Origin: a virus
Lineage: Duplodnaviria > Caudoviricetes
Length of the DNA stretch: 64,000 nucleotides
Virus record (IMG/VR): IMGVR_UViG_3300013121_000005
Coordinates: 160,001 to 224,000 of that record
Strand: one strand, 5' to 3'
Shown here piece by piece: positions 9,601-19,356 of this stretch (positions are counted from its first letter, which is position 1; each line of letters begins with the position of its first letter). The translations under genes and the position numbers were made by a program. The notes below the pieces were generated by a model. It ran no database searches, was not told where the DNA came from, and worked only from the letters and a program-made list of their open reading frames with translations.

Positions 9601-11972
9601 CCCTTTTGGGGGGCTCTCTCATCCTTGATTCTACCTCGGCGACTACTCAAGCAACTTCGGATGCGATTGGATTGGCTGGGGGAAGCTTTCGAGGATTCAC
9701 AAGAGTCGAACCACTTCTCCCTGTGTCTTCTGATGTGGTACTGGACTGCAACGTCCAACTTCGGACGCTTACCCATGGCATTACTCCTAATGCCACGATG
9801 GTAGCTATCGATGATGGGAACAGGTTAGTTCAACTCTGTTTTTTCCCAATCACAGCCCAGCCTAAGAAGAGCTACCCAGGGCGTACGCTGCCCCAAGATG
9901 CAACCCCTCTTGCTTGGACCCCTCTTGGGAACGGGGCGATGGCTGGGATGGTTGGCCGTACGCTACGGATTACGGATGCCTTGGTGGGGAGTGGGTTAGT
10001 CTACTTCGTGGAGGACCTTGCTCTGTTGGCAAGCCCAGATAGGGTTATTGCACCTACCCTGGATTACTACGGGGAGTTTAAGCTGAAGGTAGTTTCGTAC
10101 GTAAATGATGGCTCCCCGGTGGGGTTCTGCGGGGCAACCTTTGACCTGTTTGATGGCACTCGTTCCATTGGGTTGTTGCTTCGTGAAACTGGGGGTGTAC
10201 GACAGGTTGCCTTCCATTCAGACGGCAACCTTTTGGGGGTAGGCTCGCAATACCCCTTCGAGTGGAACGACGGGCTTTCTCACATCTATCGGGTTGTAAA
10301 GAGTACAATTGGGGATCTTGTCTCTCTCTTCATTGATAACGTTTTGATCGGAACTTACCCCTATTCATCCTTCCTTGTAGATGTGGGGAATCCGACAATT
10401 TCGTTTGGCTCGGCGACAGGATCTAGTGTCACTTCCACGTCCACTGTGGATTGGTACTACGCCAACGTATGGAGGGCTCAGGCAGCAACGGCTCAGCGGT
10501 ACGTCGGTATTTGGAAAGGGTACGACTCAACCTCCCTTGTAGGGTACTACCTGCCTCTGAAAGCCGAGGGGCAAGCAGCGGTAGCAGGCAACTCCCTCAC
10601 GGATTTGACCACGGATTTCCTTGCGGCTGGGGTGGCTGTTGGGGATTTCTTGCTTGTTGATGTTGGGGCGGACAAGGGTACGTACACGATTGCTACGGTT
10701 GGAGCGACCACCCTTACCTTCCTAGAGTCTTTCCCTTTGGCCACTGGGTCGGTGAATTACCGCATTCCAATGCAGGTAGATTGGTCTGTGCCCCATAAGT
10801 ACCGAATCATTCGAGACCCTGGGGGATCAGTGAGCCTCTTCCTAGATGCTGCCACAGCTCCGATTATCCGAATCGATTACAACGAAGTAGCTCTCCCCCC
10901 AAGTACTGTAGGGGTACCGTACCTCCTCCATAATGGCCTTCCTTCCGTGTCGTGGGGGGCGTTCGACCCTACGAATTTGAGCCAAACTGCTTGGGACTTC
11001 GTAAGGTACGGCATCACTCGCTCTCCGACTGAATTGCGGATCGTCCCCCATCACCAAGTTCTAAATCAACGAAATGTGATGGCTTCTCCTGAGCACCTAT
11101 TCAACTTCGCTCCGCATGACCACACTCAGTTTTCGTCTGCTTCAACAGGCATCCCGTATCCGTGGCAGGATTTTGTTGACAACCCTGCCAATGTTGCCTT
11201 CACTCGACTCAATGAAGGAACGCCTCTAGTCCCTTCAACCCAGACGTATGAAGTTCGGAGACCTACCCCGGTTTTTGAGTTCACTTCGGGTCTAAATCGT
11301 CCAGAAGATGTGCTCAACAGTGACGGGGATTTTCTTCTGAATGATGGGTCACAACGTTCTCGAATCATCGTCCCTAACGATGTGTTGTACAATTGTCTTC
11401 AGGTTACAGAAGAACTGGTAGGGGAAGCAGAGCACATTGCTCCGTTCTCGGACGAGGGTAATCCCATAGCCTTGAAACGCCTCAATTGGACCAAAGAGGT
11501 TTGTGGGGTGTATAAGGCAGACACCTTGCCGGAGCTTGACCCTGGCTTCGGGACTTCTTGGGTTTTGGAGTCAGATAGCCCAGGGGATGTTGCAACAACG
11601 GCATTTGCGGGCATTCTGACGTATTCTGTGGGGGCTACCCCAGGGAATAACACTATCTACAGGAACCCGACGCCGCTCACGGACCCTGTTGGGCTCCAGA
11701 CCCGAGTTGACTTTACGCTGAAAGTCTTGAATGATGCGAGTGTGGGACTCGGGGATTCGGGAATTCGCTTTGGGTTCAGCGCTCTTGGGCTTACTGCTGC
11801 CCTTGCATTTGTCACTGCGCCTTCTGGAGACCGTGAGGTGCGTTTGATCGACTTGCAAAGCAATGTCGTTCTTGGGGCAGTTCCTTTCGATTACCTCGAC
11901 GGGGCGTTCCATGTGTACCGCCTCGAAAAGAACGTAACGGCGGCCACATTGGACCTGGTTATTGACCCCTGA
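6606..11972 (+). CDS. Large (1788 aa) multidomain tail/baseplate protein with Ig-like and LamG/ConA-like repeats
   Basis: Ig-like segments (VTVTFSEPM...YTLTVN). Repeated LamG-like strands (DW...YR...G.VSLF.D; WDFIRY/WDFVRY). N-terminal FGSSPYGTTPYGG. Confidence 0.65.
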   Translation: MSFGSSPYGTTPYGGVALVSGGITIVSASPAVGSSGASPTGPVQFTVNTPAEFDALTLTVRLNGAQVTRNSEFLAGFGGTIAFNGPDLTVNISTHPALPDGSPITVNIEVYDLAGTFQSASYGFTTGGAALSGSETLTLTEDFFLGGFVSLPETLTLTEGLSPFGQDLGETLTLTENPTQTKQGLFLQGLETLTSSESLQVGALHFEFLDSTTIQVTFPEEFSLSGVGDAWNYTFETVEGFPLTVLSAVPIVEVHHTGTQGQIVETFPGTFFSYTFNTVTDSFTPADIGRYLFITGPSNPPLVGPNDPFQIVGVAGSVATVDRPIPMGTSANGGYVPGSGFTPGAGQVQWAHTTGAKGATLKVTEGTAGKGYVGRVRNLRRINGTPYSGSRAFTAIASKPKVSSVQFLPENGTVTVTFSEPMRIDGTLLSPTEYTIAGPTTVAVRSVSAIDPQTVALTTSGFGAGSYTLTVNATGTPKDAAGNPTDPLFNQVIFTGSVPLASRSIFTDKGPIAKPPVTLQSGTGATIQTYTTLTFGVTQFTSNEVVLPGGAFNSTHVGLRLELGGSTINGGTYKISGVVNATRLRVQASFSLPDSNNGLMTWKLIDPRVGEIADDPSDVVVRVNNVPVTPLAVIGLLGQVVLPSTPNPADDVKIDYSHLCNPTVEIRRLNSREFRLNSWASSGAEHSFKYNNVTVQPSTFVPDDIQASLVQPLFRELHYHAYERAYSVALNDPNLLVLNTPSNQIAYPPLSRQIDSTTVNYSASTLPEVDPDPWVRKGMGIASVGGGTLTVQDNTTGPLPSGNPLFWTKDLDLTFPHVFAATWRMQVVASTPVGVFTGVSIGWSNDKKAVVLGYLNDAGVKKVGFLRKNYGNDPSLIGAWITTPLDWSILRSYRFFRSRDGVVSLFVDGEIIASLQVVEADLPYLEELNDPFQEIQGIFFGSLSREASNTSLWDFIRYLTLPTNPEQSAPAIFAGYEGDLLPEVSPTPWTPVGYHGEESLLGGSLILDSTSATTQATSDAIGLAGGSFRGFTRVEPLLPVSSDVVLDCNVQLRTLTHGITPNATMVAIDDGNRLVQLCFFPITAQPKKSYPGRTLPQDATPLAWTPLGNGAMAGMVGRTLRITDALVGSGLVYFVEDLALLASPDRVIAPTLDYYGEFKLKVVSYVNDGSPVGFCGATFDLFDGTRSIGLLLRETGGVRQVAFHSDGNLLGVGSQYPFEWNDGLSHIYRVVKSTIGDLVSLFIDNVLIGTYPYSSFLVDVGNPTISFGSATGSSVTSTSTVDWYYANVWRAQAATAQRYVGIWKGYDSTSLVGYYLPLKAEGQAAVAGNSLTDLTTDFLAAGVAVGDFLLVDVGADKGTYTIATVGATTLTFLESFPLATGSVNYRIPMQVDWSVPHKYRIIRDPGGSVSLFLDAATAPIIRIDYNEVALPPSTVGVPYLLHNGLPSVSWGAFDPTNLSQTAWDFVRYGITRSPTELRIVPHHQVLNQRNVMASPEHLFNFAPHDHTQFSSASTGIPYPWQDFVDNPANVAFTRLNEGTPLVPSTQTYEVRRPTPVFEFTSGLNRPEDVLNSDGDFLLNDGSQRSRIIVPNDVLYNCLQVTEELVGEAEHIAPFSDEGNPIALKRLNWTKEVCGVYKADTLPELDPGFGTSWVLESDSPGDVATTAFAGILTYSVGATPGNNTIYRNPTPLTDPVGLQTRVDFTLKVLNDASVGLGDSGIRFGFSALGLTAALAFVTAPSGDREVRLIDLQSNVVLGAVPFDYLDGAFHVYRLEKNVTAATLDLVIDP

Positions 11973-11981
11973 GGCAAGGTT

Positions 11982-13691
11982 ATGGCATTTTTTCAGGTTC
12001 TCGGGGCTCAAGCGATCAATCCGTTTACGGTTGTCGTCACTTTCTCAGAGGCGCCTGACCTTTCCATCCCTGCGACCACAAACCCTGCAAATTACGGGTT
12101 TACGGGGGGTCTTTCCGCTGTTCGGATTCTCGCTGGCCCCACTGCAAATTCCGTAAAGGTCGTCACTACTGGGCACTCGTATGCGCTGTACACCGTAACA
12201 GTGCAGGGAACGGTCCAAAGTGTCCTTGCCTCGACAATTGACCCTGGTGCGAATAGCGCGGGGTTCACAGGTTTCACGTCTTCTCCGAAATTTTCTGTCA
12301 GTGTTCAAAGTTCTACGGTACTGACCCTTCTGTTCAAACAGACTATGTTGGCTAATGGGGACCTTACCAACCCTGCCAGCTATACGCTTCAGGCAGTGAG
12401 TGGGGGTGCTCCGCTCGCCATTCTGTCTGTTACGAAGAACGTCCCAGCGAACCCAACTCACCTGACTCTCAAGTTGTCTGCCCCGCTTCCTTCGGGCATA
12501 CCCTTGACGTTGAGTCTTTCGACTGGGGTAAGGACCTCTGACGGGCGATTGGTCCAACCCAACAATGCAGTCCTATTCTGGCAAAAGCGTCAGAATCGGG
12601 TCTCAGTCCCACTAGCTAAGTTCACAGGGGAAGTTCGAGCCCCTCGTGGGTTGAGATTGGACTTGCAAGAAACTCTTCAACTTGAGGAGTCTTTCGCATC
12701 TGTCCTTGACCCTATTTCGTTCTCAGACCCTCGATTCCCCGAGACATTCCCAGAGGTTTTAGCTCTTGTCGAGTACTTGACGGTTCAGGGTTCAGGCAGC
12801 CCTGCAAAACAGTATGGGGTTTCGATCTCCGAGACACTTCTAACGAATGTTCGTACCTCAACTACATCTCAGCCAGAAATCCGTTCGACCCGAACTATAG
12901 CTCTTGGGGAATCCCTGTTCTTCCAGGAAAGTCTGTCTATTCTACCCGAGCTTCCGAGTGGGTTAGCTCCAGAGATAGCCAAGCTTTTTGGGAAGCCTGA
13001 TGGGCTGGTGTTCTTCTCCCCTTCGCTTAAGCCTGGGGGTGCTCCAACGTCGTCCCTCCAAGTGGATGACGTAAAAGCTTGTACGCAGGCGTACGATGTC
13101 TACCAGTTTCCTCAGCCTATTGACCCTAAACCTCTTTACACGCATGGGGGCGGGCTTACGGCTACCCCTGAGGTCACGACCCTTAACAATGGGGTCCTTT
13201 TCGTTGAGTTCTATCGACTTAAAGAGGCGAAACACAAGCTCCGAGATCGAAAGGATGAGAGTGTTCTCCCTCCTGTAGACGCGGGTGCGACTTTTACGTT
13301 CACAGAGCAAACGTACCCCCCTAATCGAGTCGCCCTTCTCAGTAATCCGGGCTGGAAGCTGTTTGATAACACCGCACCCCCTCCTTACAGGTTTGTCACC
13401 GCAGACAATCTCAATCCAATCCCAGTAGGTTCGGTCACTTACCGCAGACATTTTCAGAATCCTGCTGAAGTTCTACAGGTTACAGAGCAACTCTCAGTGA
13501 TTCTTGCGACAAGTCTTGGGGTTGCGGACACGCTGATTCAAGCAGAAGACTTTGACCTTGTACCTGGGGAACAGGTTGTTCAAGTCAACCTTACTGAGGT
13601 TTTGGGGGTTTCGGAATCCTTGCTTACGAAGGTGGGAGTCAACCTCTCTGAGAGCTTGACCCTTTCGGAAGGGATCTCCGTGGCAGTGTGA
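11982..13691 (+). CDS. Ig-like domain structural protein with ETLxLxE repeats
   Basis: Two N-terminal Ig-like units (VVVTFSEAPD...NPANY; LTLLFKQTM...NPASY) and about 8 E(T/S/V)LxxxE repeats. Confidence 0.6.
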   Translation: MAFFQVLGAQAINPFTVVVTFSEAPDLSIPATTNPANYGFTGGLSAVRILAGPTANSVKVVTTGHSYALYTVTVQGTVQSVLASTIDPGANSAGFTGFTSSPKFSVSVQSSTVLTLLFKQTMLANGDLTNPASYTLQAVSGGAPLAILSVTKNVPANPTHLTLKLSAPLPSGIPLTLSLSTGVRTSDGRLVQPNNAVLFWQKRQNRVSVPLAKFTGEVRAPRGLRLDLQETLQLEESFASVLDPISFSDPRFPETFPEVLALVEYLTVQGSGSPAKQYGVSISETLLTNVRTSTTSQPEIRSTRTIALGESLFFQESLSILPELPSGLAPEIAKLFGKPDGLVFFSPSLKPGGAPTSSLQVDDVKACTQAYDVYQFPQPIDPKPLYTHGGGLTATPEVTTLNNGVLFVEFYRLKEAKHKLRDRKDESVLPPVDAGATFTFTEQTYPPNRVALLSNPGWKLFDNTAPPPYRFVTADNLNPIPVGSVTYRRHFQNPAEVLQVTEQLSVILATSLGVADTLIQAEDFDLVPGEQVVQVNLTEVLGVSESLLTKVGVNLSESLTLSEGISVAV

Positions 13692-13739
13692 CGGTTGTTT
13701 TTATAGCTCTTCCCCCGTGAGTCCCCCTTACTGGAGAAG

Positions 13740-14387
13740 ATGCACATGAGATTGAATGAGGTGCTTGGTCGTGTGACCGCTCAATTCTTCGGAGCCCTTC
13801 GTCCGTGGTATGAAGAGAAGGCCCAAGTTAGGATTCGAGGGGATGTATTTATGACCCTTCGGGATGGTGAGACCCAAGAGGTGCAAGACCATCGAGAAGT
13901 CCGAAACCTCATTGTGAAAGACGCCTCGATCCTTGTAGCTCGTCTGATGAAGAGTAACACGGAGCCTACCAAGGGTATCTTTGCTTTGGCGGTCGGGACT
14001 GGAGATGTAGGGTGGAACCCATTGGCTCCTCCAGCCCCTACCAATACCCAACGGGCGCTTTACAGTGAGTTGACTCGTAAAACGTTCTCGCAAACTCAAT
14101 TCATTGACGCTTCTGGGGTCCCTACCGCAATTCCAACGAATGTGGTCGACTTTTCGACCATCTATACGGAATCTGAAGCTGTAGGGCCTTTGGTCGAAAT
14201 GGGGCTTATTGGGGGCAACATTTCAACCAACTTGGCTGTTAAAAACCCAGTGTCTCCTCCCAATGGCCCCTACAATCCGGCTGTGGACCTGACGACTAAG
14301 GAGACAATGGTAAACTATCTTACGTTTCCAGTCATTTCAAAGCCTGCTACGTCTACGCTAGAGGTTGTTTGGAGGCTCTCCTTCTAA
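13740..14387 (+). CDS. Tail-collar/fibre attachment-like protein (paralogue of 3545..4078)
   Basis: RNLIVKDA...ALAVGTG...QRALYSELTRK...SEAVGPLVEMGL...TFPVISKP...LEVVWRLSF. Confidence 0.65.
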   Translation: MHMRLNEVLGRVTAQFFGALRPWYEEKAQVRIRGDVFMTLRDGETQEVQDHREVRNLIVKDASILVARLMKSNTEPTKGIFALAVGTGDVGWNPLAPPAPTNTQRALYSELTRKTFSQTQFIDASGVPTAIPTNVVDFSTIYTESEAVGPLVEMGLIGGNISTNLAVKNPVSPPNGPYNPAVDLTTKETMVNYLTFPVISKPATSTLEVVWRLSF

Positions 14388-14508
14388 GGGGTTCCCTAAC
14401 AATGATGGAGACTTCCTTGGCGCTATCAGCTATTAGGTGGGGACGGTCAGTGGCCTACGTGGGTTCTCCCGGGTGGGTGGGTAATCGTTCAATCTCGGAG
14501 ATTCACTG

Positions 14509-17121
14509 ATGGGTACGAAAAATTTCGGGGCAGCAGTCAGTGGCTACCTCGATCCTGATGGGAGAAGCTTCGAGAACCCGGTCTTTCAGGCGGGTAAGCC
14601 TGTTCTTGACAAGGAATTAAACCTTGCAGAGGACATTGCAAACACCTTTGGGCTCAGCTTAGCCAGAAGAGTCTATCCTTCTGGGTGGGTTACCAATGAG
14701 CATCTCAACAAGTCAGATCCACTTGCAACCCTCTTTGTTCCTTCCGTTACGGCAAATCTACTGGTTCTTGCGAACTCTCTGACAGCTCTTGTGAATGGCT
14801 GGCCAATTACGGTTGCCTATACAGGTAGCGCTACTCAGAACCAAGTGAGTCTGGGGGCAGGTCCAGTAGGTAATGGGGCTAAACGAACAGACCTCGTAGT
14901 CCTGGAAGTGTGGCGCAGGCTTATTTCCGCCTCCCCTAGCACAGACGGGAAGAGCGTAGGGGGTAGAATTTGGCGGAATGGGAACGTAAAGGTACAGGCA
15001 GCAGATGATGCCCTCCTGAACTTCAGCGATGATATTTTGGATGGTGTAGTTGGATCTGAAACCACTAAACGAGTCCAGATTCAGTACCGTCTCCGAGTCA
15101 TTCAGGGGGTGGACTTGTTTGCTTACCCTCAAGGGGTTGATGACCCCGTGGTGTTCGCGAATTCCATCCCCACGGCTCCAGGAACCCCTGATGGGGTAGC
15201 GACAGCCTTCAATTATAGCAATCAGAGTAGCAACGGAGACCCTGGTCTTTGGCGTGCAGGGGACGGGAACCCAGCGAATGCTTTGGGGACCGTAGATGGC
15301 TACATGTATGCCATCCCATTGGTCGCAGTGTTTCGACGAAACACTTCGGCCTACGACCGAAACCTGAATCACAATGGGGGGGCTGTTAGCCCTGGTCCTA
15401 GTACACGTCCAGATGGGTATCTATCAGATATCTTTGTGCTAAGTGACGTGGCGGATCTTCGAGCGGCAACAAGCCCTAGTTGGGACTACCAGGAAGTTGG
15501 GGAGAAGAGCTTCACCAATCTCTTGGACAACATGTCGAAAACGGAGTGGGAGATTACCTCCCTGGGAGGGGGTGTTGCGGGACATACCCTCTTTTGGGCG
15601 GATGAGATTGGAGTTCTCCCTGGGGATAGTGTCATCACTGGGGATACTCCAGGAGCCGAATTCATCGGTCAGTTCGATTGTTCCCGTAGGTTTTTCTCTG
15701 ACCGGGTGGTCTATGAGGTGCTTACTTACAAGGTAGCCCCAGGAGACCCTTCTGTTTCGACTGCTACCTGGCAGGCAGGGACCGTTGTTACAGTCAATCC
15801 TGCAACCTTGTCCCAATACCCTTTCCCGGGTGCAATTGGATGGATTAGCAGAGCCCCAACTGGAACTAGGATTGCGGATGTTTTGGGTGCTCGTGTTCAA
15901 GGGACAATCATTGGGGATGAGGGGCTTGATGTCGGAGTTCTGCAAGCAGCAACCTCAGGTACGGTGTTCCCCATAAACAACATCCAAGGGTTAGGGGCAT
16001 ACCCTCCAGGGAATGTTGTCTTGACTATGGGGACCCCACCTACAGGAGGGTTGGCGACCGAGCCAATCTACATTGACTTCTTGATTGCATACCCTGCTGG
16101 GCAAGGGCTCACACGAACCCCTACGAACACCTTTTCAGGGACATTCTCGATTAACAACCCTGTAGCTTTGCCCGCAGGTGCTCCAGAATCTTACAGTGCG
16201 ATGCAGACGCAAGCACTCGATTTTGCACATCGTGAGGCACAGCTTCAGTACAAAACAAGTACAATTACGGTCACATTTGCGGCCGACTCGTTCGTCGCAG
16301 GGGCTACTAAGTACATGCTTCCTGAGCGTGTGCTGAACCTTGTTCAAGTACGAGTCAATGGGGCTCCTCTTCCTGGGGTTGGGGGGACCGTAAGTGCGAG
16401 TGGCCGTCTATTGACTCTGGTTGGGGGGTCTACGAATCCGGGCAACCTTGTAAGTGTAGACTATGAGGCGATTCGTCCTATGCCTCAATCCGGCGTCCAG
16501 ATGACGTTGTACTATGAGGCTCGTGCTGCTCAGACAGTACGGTCTTCCCTACTTGGGCTAAGTCAGACGTTCATTCCACGTTGGATTTCACCTTACCTCT
16601 ACACTCTGACTTCGGGATCGGGGTCTCAAGGGGAAAGCTACCCCTTCCCCTATGCTTACGTTCAAACTGGTGGAGTAAAGAAGGCAGTTGGCTCTTTTGC
16701 TGGGGAGCATGAGCTAGATGGGGCCCCCGAAATTTCGATTGCTGACTTCAATGCTTCGACAGGGTATCTCAGAGTGCCTGTTGTTCTTCCCTACACCCCA
16801 GCTCCGGATGCAGTGACGTTTAGTCGCGCCCTTGTAGATGCAGACATCGAGAACCGAACTTTCTTCCCGTCTGTCCCAGCGGGGTATAAGCCTAATGCGT
16901 TCGGTCAGAATCTTTCTGACGAGCGTATCCATAAGGTTATCCTGCCAATGGTCATGGAAGCTGCTGTGGACTCTACAATTGGCCGCAAAGGTTCCCTGTT
17001 CTTGTGTTTGCTAGTCCGATGGGCTGAGTTTGACGCAGAGAATAGCGTCAAGTTTCTTGCTGCTAGCAACACGACAGCAGCAAGCGTGTTCCGTTTGAAC
17101 ATGCTTAATCGGCGTGCGTGA
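14509..17121 (+). CDS. Baseplate/fibre protein with DUF4815-like N-terminus
   Basis: FENPVFQAGKPVLDKELN motif. Extensive similarity to the N-terminal part of 27107..31684. Confidence 0.6.
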   Translation: MGTKNFGAAVSGYLDPDGRSFENPVFQAGKPVLDKELNLAEDIANTFGLSLARRVYPSGWVTNEHLNKSDPLATLFVPSVTANLLVLANSLTALVNGWPITVAYTGSATQNQVSLGAGPVGNGAKRTDLVVLEVWRRLISASPSTDGKSVGGRIWRNGNVKVQAADDALLNFSDDILDGVVGSETTKRVQIQYRLRVIQGVDLFAYPQGVDDPVVFANSIPTAPGTPDGVATAFNYSNQSSNGDPGLWRAGDGNPANALGTVDGYMYAIPLVAVFRRNTSAYDRNLNHNGGAVSPGPSTRPDGYLSDIFVLSDVADLRAATSPSWDYQEVGEKSFTNLLDNMSKTEWEITSLGGGVAGHTLFWADEIGVLPGDSVITGDTPGAEFIGQFDCSRRFFSDRVVYEVLTYKVAPGDPSVSTATWQAGTVVTVNPATLSQYPFPGAIGWISRAPTGTRIADVLGARVQGTIIGDEGLDVGVLQAATSGTVFPINNIQGLGAYPPGNVVLTMGTPPTGGLATEPIYIDFLIAYPAGQGLTRTPTNTFSGTFSINNPVALPAGAPESYSAMQTQALDFAHREAQLQYKTSTITVTFAADSFVAGATKYMLPERVLNLVQVRVNGAPLPGVGGTVSASGRLLTLVGGSTNPGNLVSVDYEAIRPMPQSGVQMTLYYEARAAQTVRSSLLGLSQTFIPRWISPYLYTLTSGSGSQGESYPFPYAYVQTGGVKKAVGSFAGEHELDGAPEISIADFNASTGYLRVPVVLPYTPAPDAVTFSRALVDADIENRTFFPSVPAGYKPNAFGQNLSDERIHKVILPMVMEAAVDSTIGRKGSLFLCLLVRWAEFDAENSVKFLAASNTTAASVFRLNMLNRRA

Positions 17122-17154
17122 GGGCAAGGCTGACTAACCTAAAGGTGCTGTGAG

Positions 17155-19302
17155 ATGCCGTCGAACAAAGATCCATCCGTCGTTCAGCCTGGTCCTGGAA
17201 AGCTTGCTGCTGGTCAAGTACCGGCTAGTGCCCTAGCATTCCCTTTTGCGGGGGCTGGGGATTTAGCGGCTCACATTTCAGACCCAGTGGATGCCCACAT
17301 GAGTGGGGCCATTGGGATCCCTGAGCTGAACCCCATTACAAGTCAGCCCATCTTGTCTTCTGCTGGAGGGCCTTACGATGGGGAGTCCGTGTTTGATGCC
17401 TTGGCACAGCTTGCCGACTTGCTTCCGGTTCGCCCAGACAAGATTGGCTTCAATGGGGTGGTACCCAATTCTGGGGTACCTAATTGGACTGCGGGTCTGA
17501 CGTTTGGAGGGGGCGGGACTGCCATCCATGGAGGGTGGACAGACGGTGGGGGTACAGGCATTGTTACCAAGTACATTGCCCCAGTCGGTGAAATTGGAGT
17601 GCATGGTATTGGCGGCATGGTCTACCCTGCCGATCGAGGAGTCCTTGCGGTCTACGTCACTACCAACGCAGACTTCTTCAATGCAGCCCAGACTACATTG
17701 ATTGGGGCGTTGTGGCTGGGGGTCAACCCACCCCCAGCGGGTATCCCTGGGGCAGCCTTCAATGAAGCAGTCCGTCCTGTGGGGCAAGCCAATTACACGG
17801 CAACTGGGGTAGGTTTGGATAAGATCAGCTTGACAGCTCGACTTCCCTACCTCGCGAATTACCCAGGAGGGGAGTACACCGCATTTACCGTGAACTTCTC
17901 TGCTTACCAACTCGCGAAGTACCTGTTCAACATTACTCTCGCGGCTGGGGATAATGATAGCTATCTGTTAGTGCACTGGAAGGAATCGTACGCCACAACG
18001 CTTGCGTCGATTCAACCTGCAAACCTAACCGCCCTTACGTTGGTTGCGAACAACTGCTATTCGGCGGTTCCCTCGAATCCTACTCAATACGAGGAGGTCA
18101 ACCGGAAGAACATCTTCGTCGATTCGGATTCGGCGACAGGTGCAACTCCAGTATCCATTACAACGACCCCTGGTGGTAACCTGACTACGGGTAGGGTCTC
18201 TGGCATCGACTTCTACTCGTCTACAGCGCTCACGTTTAATATCTTGGCGACAGCAAACAACTTGTTTGCCAATGCTTATCGAACGAATGCCGTGGCCTCA
18301 GTTAGCGTCCCGGCAGGGTTTACCTCTGCAACAGACCCGGTTCAGGTTGATATGTCTGACTTTGGGGGGAGTCTGACAGGGTACCCGTTGTATGACGCGG
18401 GCACTCCCCACATTTTCAACAACGTGGGGCCAACCCCCTTCTCATTGGTGTCCCCTCCAGTTCCAGCTACCGTGGCTCGGTACTCTCATGCGACAGAGCC
18501 CATTAGTTTCGTAGCCCTTGCTAACCCAGTGTTTCCTTACGCAGCCGTTAGGTTGCTTTGGTACCCGACCTTTGGGGCTCCAGCAACGCAAACGGCTTCG
18601 GATCAGTACCTTTTCAATTCGATTGGGAACGCCAATAATTCTGGGACTTTGGAGCCTTTCAATTCGGAGCAGTATCGGTACGTCTCGAACTATGCCGCAG
18701 GTGTGGCTGCGGTCCCGATCATTCCTGCTGGGCCCAACATTTACGCTTCGGCTACCCAGTTGGTTTCCAACGACGGGAACCTCCAAGTTCATCAAGGGAG
18801 ACTGATCTACCCCACCTACAACCATTCGGCAGCTCCTTGGCAGCCTCAGACGGTGGGTGGGGATTATGCAGCCGTCCTAGCTGGAGACGGTGCAAATCAC
18901 TTGCGTCGGTACGTTCGAGCTTTCAATACTGGGATTGCTCGAAACACTGGGCAGTTGAGGATCACTGGATTGGCATTCTCAACTTTTGACGCAGGACTTA
19001 ACCCCATTGACCCGGCTGAAATCACGGATCACCCTGGAGGGGCGATTGTTCAGATCAAAGTCCCAGGTGCAACAGGGTGGCTTGATCTTGGTCGAGCAGA
19101 TGGTGTCCCGGACCTTACTAAAGCTCTTGACTTCCGTGGGTGTAGGACAGGGATTGCGGGGGATGTGTACTCTTTTGACACAGGAGCCTTCACTTCGGAC
19201 AACGGAAGCGGAGCCTTCTTGTTGTTCGTTCGTGTGACGTTCATCAAGAATGGGGCTGGGCAACTGCTTAGCGTCCAAGAGATTGAATGGCTACCCCCGT
19301 GA
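17155..19302 (+). CDS. Virion structural protein (715 aa)
   Basis: LAAHISDPVDAHMSGAI motif common in phage fibre proteins. G/A/T/P-rich, in the structural block. Confidence 0.55.
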   Translation: MPSNKDPSVVQPGPGKLAAGQVPASALAFPFAGAGDLAAHISDPVDAHMSGAIGIPELNPITSQPILSSAGGPYDGESVFDALAQLADLLPVRPDKIGFNGVVPNSGVPNWTAGLTFGGGGTAIHGGWTDGGGTGIVTKYIAPVGEIGVHGIGGMVYPADRGVLAVYVTTNADFFNAAQTTLIGALWLGVNPPPAGIPGAAFNEAVRPVGQANYTATGVGLDKISLTARLPYLANYPGGEYTAFTVNFSAYQLAKYLFNITLAAGDNDSYLLVHWKESYATTLASIQPANLTALTLVANNCYSAVPSNPTQYEEVNRKNIFVDSDSATGATPVSITTTPGGNLTTGRVSGIDFYSSTALTFNILATANNLFANAYRTNAVASVSVPAGFTSATDPVQVDMSDFGGSLTGYPLYDAGTPHIFNNVGPTPFSLVSPPVPATVARYSHATEPISFVALANPVFPYAAVRLLWYPTFGAPATQTASDQYLFNSIGNANNSGTLEPFNSEQYRYVSNYAAGVAAVPIIPAGPNIYASATQLVSNDGNLQVHQGRLIYPTYNHSAAPWQPQTVGGDYAAVLAGDGANHLRRYVRAFNTGIARNTGQLRITGLAFSTFDAGLNPIDPAEITDHPGGAIVQIKVPGATGWLDLGRADGVPDLTKALDFRGCRTGIAGDVYSFDTGAFTSDNGSGAFLLFVRVTFIKNGAGQLLSVQEIEWLPP

Positions 19303-19356
19303 TGAGTCTGGGTCAGAACCCTTTTATGCTTTTCTCCTAGCGCAGGGAAACAATCT

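Noticed and set aside
14402-14509. 35-aa ORF (MMETSLALSAIRWG...) overlapping the next start by TGATG
   Set aside because: No SD or recognisable motif. It cannot be distinguished from chance.
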